This document shows, in pieces, positions 60,584 through 64,000 of a stretch of 64,000 nt of DNA. Position numbers and translations under genes: made by a program. Where the stretch lies: the NCBI RefSeq assembly GCF_009914755.1, contig NC_060926.1; one strand, 5' to 3'. This stretch comes from the human T2T-CHM13v2.0 reference genome, Homo sapiens. Positions within the stretch are counted from its first letter, which is position 1; every line of letters begins with the position of its first letter. The notes under the pieces were generated by a model. That model did no database searches and was not told where the DNA came from. It worked only from the letters and a program-made list of their open reading frames with translations.

Positions 60584-60787
60584 ACTCGCAAGACCTTTTA
60601 TCTGAAAACCAGCCAAGCTTTATTCACGACACACTTCTTCCCTTCACTCTCCCACTTCTGTGGTCAACTCCCTGCAGAACTCCCAAACTGCCGTTCTTTT
60701 CGATAGCTCACGATGGTGTATGAGTGTCAATCATCTGACCCTTCTTGGAGTCTCATATTTCGTGGAACTCCTGTGCAAACATATATT

Positions 60788-60793
60788 ATTAAA
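60788..60793 (+). terminator. Candidate poly(A) signal ATTAAA for SP140L, inside an LTR
   Basis: First AWTAAA hexamer I found after the stop codon (about 810 nt downstream), followed by U-rich sequence, at the position of the LTR's own poly(A) signal. Confidence 0.6.
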
Positions 60794-60899
60794 TTTTTTT
60801 TCCTCCTGTCAATCTACTTATGTCAATTTAATTCATTCGTAGCTCAGCCAAAGAACCTAGCAGGGTAGAGGGAAGCCATTTTTCCCTCCCCTGCAAAGC

Positions 60900-61272
60900 G
60901 GTTGGCATCCTGGCACCATCTCCTCTTCTGACCAGGTCTTTTCATCCCCAGCTGCTGAGTGGTGGCTGCTGATGCCAGCAGTCCCCAGAGTATTACCCTT
61001 CGTTAAATGGAATCAGCTTCACCTGGAAGTGACGCCCCGTGGCCTGAGGCCGGCCCCTTTGCCTCAAAGCAGGACCAAGGGTGTGGTGTGTGGCTACTCT
61101 GTGCTCCCAGGTATCAGGCTGGAGCTAGTCTCCAGCTGTGGCCACATCGTGGCTTAGCTTTTGCCCACATGATGAGCTTCCCCCACTCCCTTCTGAGCAA
61201 ACCCTCACCATCAATCTCTTGCTTAATGGACTTCATCCCAGAATGTGCTTCTGGGGAATGCAACCTAAAGTA
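60900..61272 (+). mobile_element. LTR16-like ERV-L 5' LTR
   Basis: cccctttgcctcaaagcaggaccaa..caggctggagctag..ccacatc..gcttagct..tgcttctggggaatgcaacctaa. Confidence 0.65.
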
Positions 61273-64000
61273 ATGGCCCCAGGAAGCGAGCTCTGAGGAC
61301 AGGATTCTGGAGTTGGATCACTGTCTAGCCCAGTGATGCTGGGTGGAATATGGATAGTCCCAGAAGTGCTATCACTGAGCAGTTGCCCAAATTTTCACCT
61401 GTAGTAAATTGGATGAGCTGCAGGTCAAGCTATTTTAGTACAGCTATGTACTAAAATAGCTGGTACAATTGTCTGGCATTTAAGAAGTGAGGAAAAGTAA
61501 CTATAAGAAATATGGGTTTTGGTGGGTATTACTAAGTGCCATTAATGTCTTGAAAAGAGTAAATGACAGGCTTAGATCTATTCATTACCAACCTAAAGAG
61601 AAGAGACCCTCATACCTGGAGCTGGAAGGCAGACAGCAAGGAAGGTCTGGTACAGACCTGATTTTATGAATCGCAGAACTTCAGAGAACACTGAATTCTA
61701 AGCTCAGGATGGTCTCTTATGCCAAAGTCAAGGCCTTCAAACTCAGCATGGGGCTATCTAGGTAGATGTACATGAGAACTTTGAACTCCAGATGCCCCCT
61801 GAACCTACTGGGTTTGCAGAAAAGTCTTTCTGCCCCTTGTTGGAAGAGAGAGCTACCACCCCCACCCAACTCCCGATTTTTCTAGAATGAAGACTGTATA
61901 GAGACCGCTCAGGACAATGAAAGTGAACAATCATGGGGAGGGCAGCAAATGAAGAGAGCATTTATCCTCCGAAGGAGCTGTAGGACTGGCCAGCGTGCAT
62001 CAGCAGGAGCAAGGAGATTGTGTCTGGGAGTGGATCCTGGTCCAGGAAGGGTGAAATGTGAAACCAGATAAGTGACGATTATTGGCAAAGGGGCAAGCTT
62101 CTCTACCACAGAGTTTAACTAGCCTGGCTTGGGCCAAAGGTGATGATTCTGATATACTCCTGGGTGGCTCCTAGAGACTAAGTATAAGCCATGGTACACA
62201 TTAAATCAAGTGGAAGCAGAGATACCAGAACTACTGTGGCAGAGTCTGGAAAAGTGGGTCCCAAGGATAGAGAAGTTGGTGTGCTAGAATGACTCTGCAC
62301 TCTACAACTGGAGAATCCATCCATCAGGTGACTGAGTTCCTCCAAAGGGGACACTACTAATGTGTCTCAGACACTAACTAAGGTGAGAAGGAATGCACTG
62401 TTGAGGGGGCAGCACATCCTTAAGAAGCTCAATGGTGGCTGTCCCCTGCAGGCTGGAATAATGCTAGGGATGTTTTATAGAACTGGATCCCCCAGTAGTG
62501 AGTAAAATGATAGAGTTCCAGAATAACAGGGGCCAAGTGGCAGCATTTAACTGTGAGGACAAGATAAAGTAATTTCCGTAAGGGGCATCAACGTTAGAGT
62601 GACAACTGGGAGGCCTGACCTGTAGGTGTCCATGAAGATGGCTCTTAGGACATGCTGTTCCTCTAGGCAAGACACATATTGCTTTAGACATATAATCAAA
62701 AGAGATTGAAAATAGATGAGCAGAAGGCTGAGGTCAGCTATCTAAAGGTAAAGTCTTAGACCCCTTGCCCAGCTTCCAAACCTCAGCCAGTTCTCAGTGG
62801 AATCCAGAACTCACTGATGGAAATGAGGGCAGTTTCTCATAAGGAAGAACCTTGTAAGTGTGCGCATCACTGATTCCCTCAAGTTTTCACGGGAGGGCTC
62901 TATGGCCAAATTTTTTGAGTTACTCACATGCCGGGGAAAGGAAAATACACAGATCTTTCAAGGGATGTTGAGTACAATATCACAGTTGATGCTAATCCCT
63001 GAGGACTCAAAGCCCTTTCGTAGCCCCTGTTAGAGTAGAGTACGTGGAGGTGAGGTAATGTCCATCTCACAATGGGCCCTCTGGATCCACAGGCCACCCA
63101 GCAATCATTTCCCCATTTCCTGAATGTATAATCAGGATATACATTCATACATACATCATAAAATATAGCAATTGGCTGACCTGGTTCCTTAACCTCTGGT
63201 TTCCTAACCTATGAAATAACAATGACTGTTTTAGGGAAGGCCAAGCAGAAGCCTCTGAAACTGAAGTTTCATGGTGAAAACAAGTAAGTTAAAAGCAATA
63301 TCACATTCTTGGGGAATGATAGAGATTAGTGCCACCTACAAAGACATGGAGGAGGCAGGGGTTGTTACCCCAGTTACACCTCCATTTTAATTCAGCAGTC
63401 TGCCCTCTGGTATCTCCTGGTGGTTCATGCTGCTAAATGGCTCCTAAAACTTAACCAAGGAGTAGCCCCTATTACAGTTGCTGTGTCAAACGTGGTATCT
63501 TTATTATAACGGGTTAGCACAGCCTTAGCAAGTGATATGCAACTATTAATACGGAAATGCCACTTTTAAAGGATCCGGCAGGATGTAGGTTGAGAGGAAA
63601 TTCACATTCTCAAGGATTGGACAAGAGTATATCTTTACAGTCTTGCTCCAGGGCAAGGTGAATCCTGCTCTGTGTTACAATATAGGCTTTCTGGACACTC
63701 TGCAATACATTACATTGGTCAACTGTATTGATGACAGTATGTTCATGAGCCTGATAAGCGAGAAATGTTGACTATTCTGAATGACTTAGTAAGTCATAAA
63801 CACTGCAGATGGTGGGAGAAAAACGTTACAAAGATACAGAGATATGCCATATAGGTAAGCTTTCAGGGGTTCAATGGTCTGGAACGTGTCAGAGCATCCC
63901 CTCCAAAGCTCCAAGCTGTTGCACTTCATACCTCCTGCCACTAAGAAACCCAGAGCTTGGTGGTCCTCTCCAAGTGAGGAGAATCACCGTGGTTGACATT
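61273..64000 (+). mobile_element. Degenerate ERV-L (HERV16-like) internal region, gag/pro/pol relic, runs off window
   Basis: Broken frames with ERV-L motifs: FQGMLSTISQLMLIPED (protease, about 62957-63006), FNSAVCPL (about 63386), GQEYIFTVLLQG (63619-63654), CIDD for YIDD (63724-63735). Confidence 0.8.

Overview
Primate (almost certainly human) genomic DNA, not prokaryotic. The window carries most of an SP100-family nuclear body gene on the + strand, recognised as SP140L. There are 17 GT-AG coding exons from 14910 to the TGA at 59974-59976 (1636 nt, open when spliced, 544 full codons). They encode HSR/CARD - basic linker/NLS - SAND (KNWR) - PHD (C4HC3) - atypical bromodomain. The first two exons and the promoter lie upstream of the window; exon numbers assume the 19-exon model I recall. 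The introns are dense in L1, Alu, L2/MIR, MaLR/ERV LTRs and Tigger/MER DNA transposons, and the gene is followed by an LTR16/HERV16-type ERV-L relic. I found no new biological system. The most informative signals are scars of the gene's chimeric origin (SP100-like 5' half, SP140-like 3' half): a dead SP140-type exon with an in-frame TGA (27623-27709), an ancestral acceptor changed from CAG to CGG and rescued by an in-frame cryptic acceptor 57 nt downstream (27929-27987), and a locally duplicated LTR segment. Also notable are an LTR-donated candidate poly(A) signal and an in-frame alternative acceptor that would break the PHD finger. Paralog comparisons and repeat subfamily names are from memory and need alignment or RepeatMasker confirmation.
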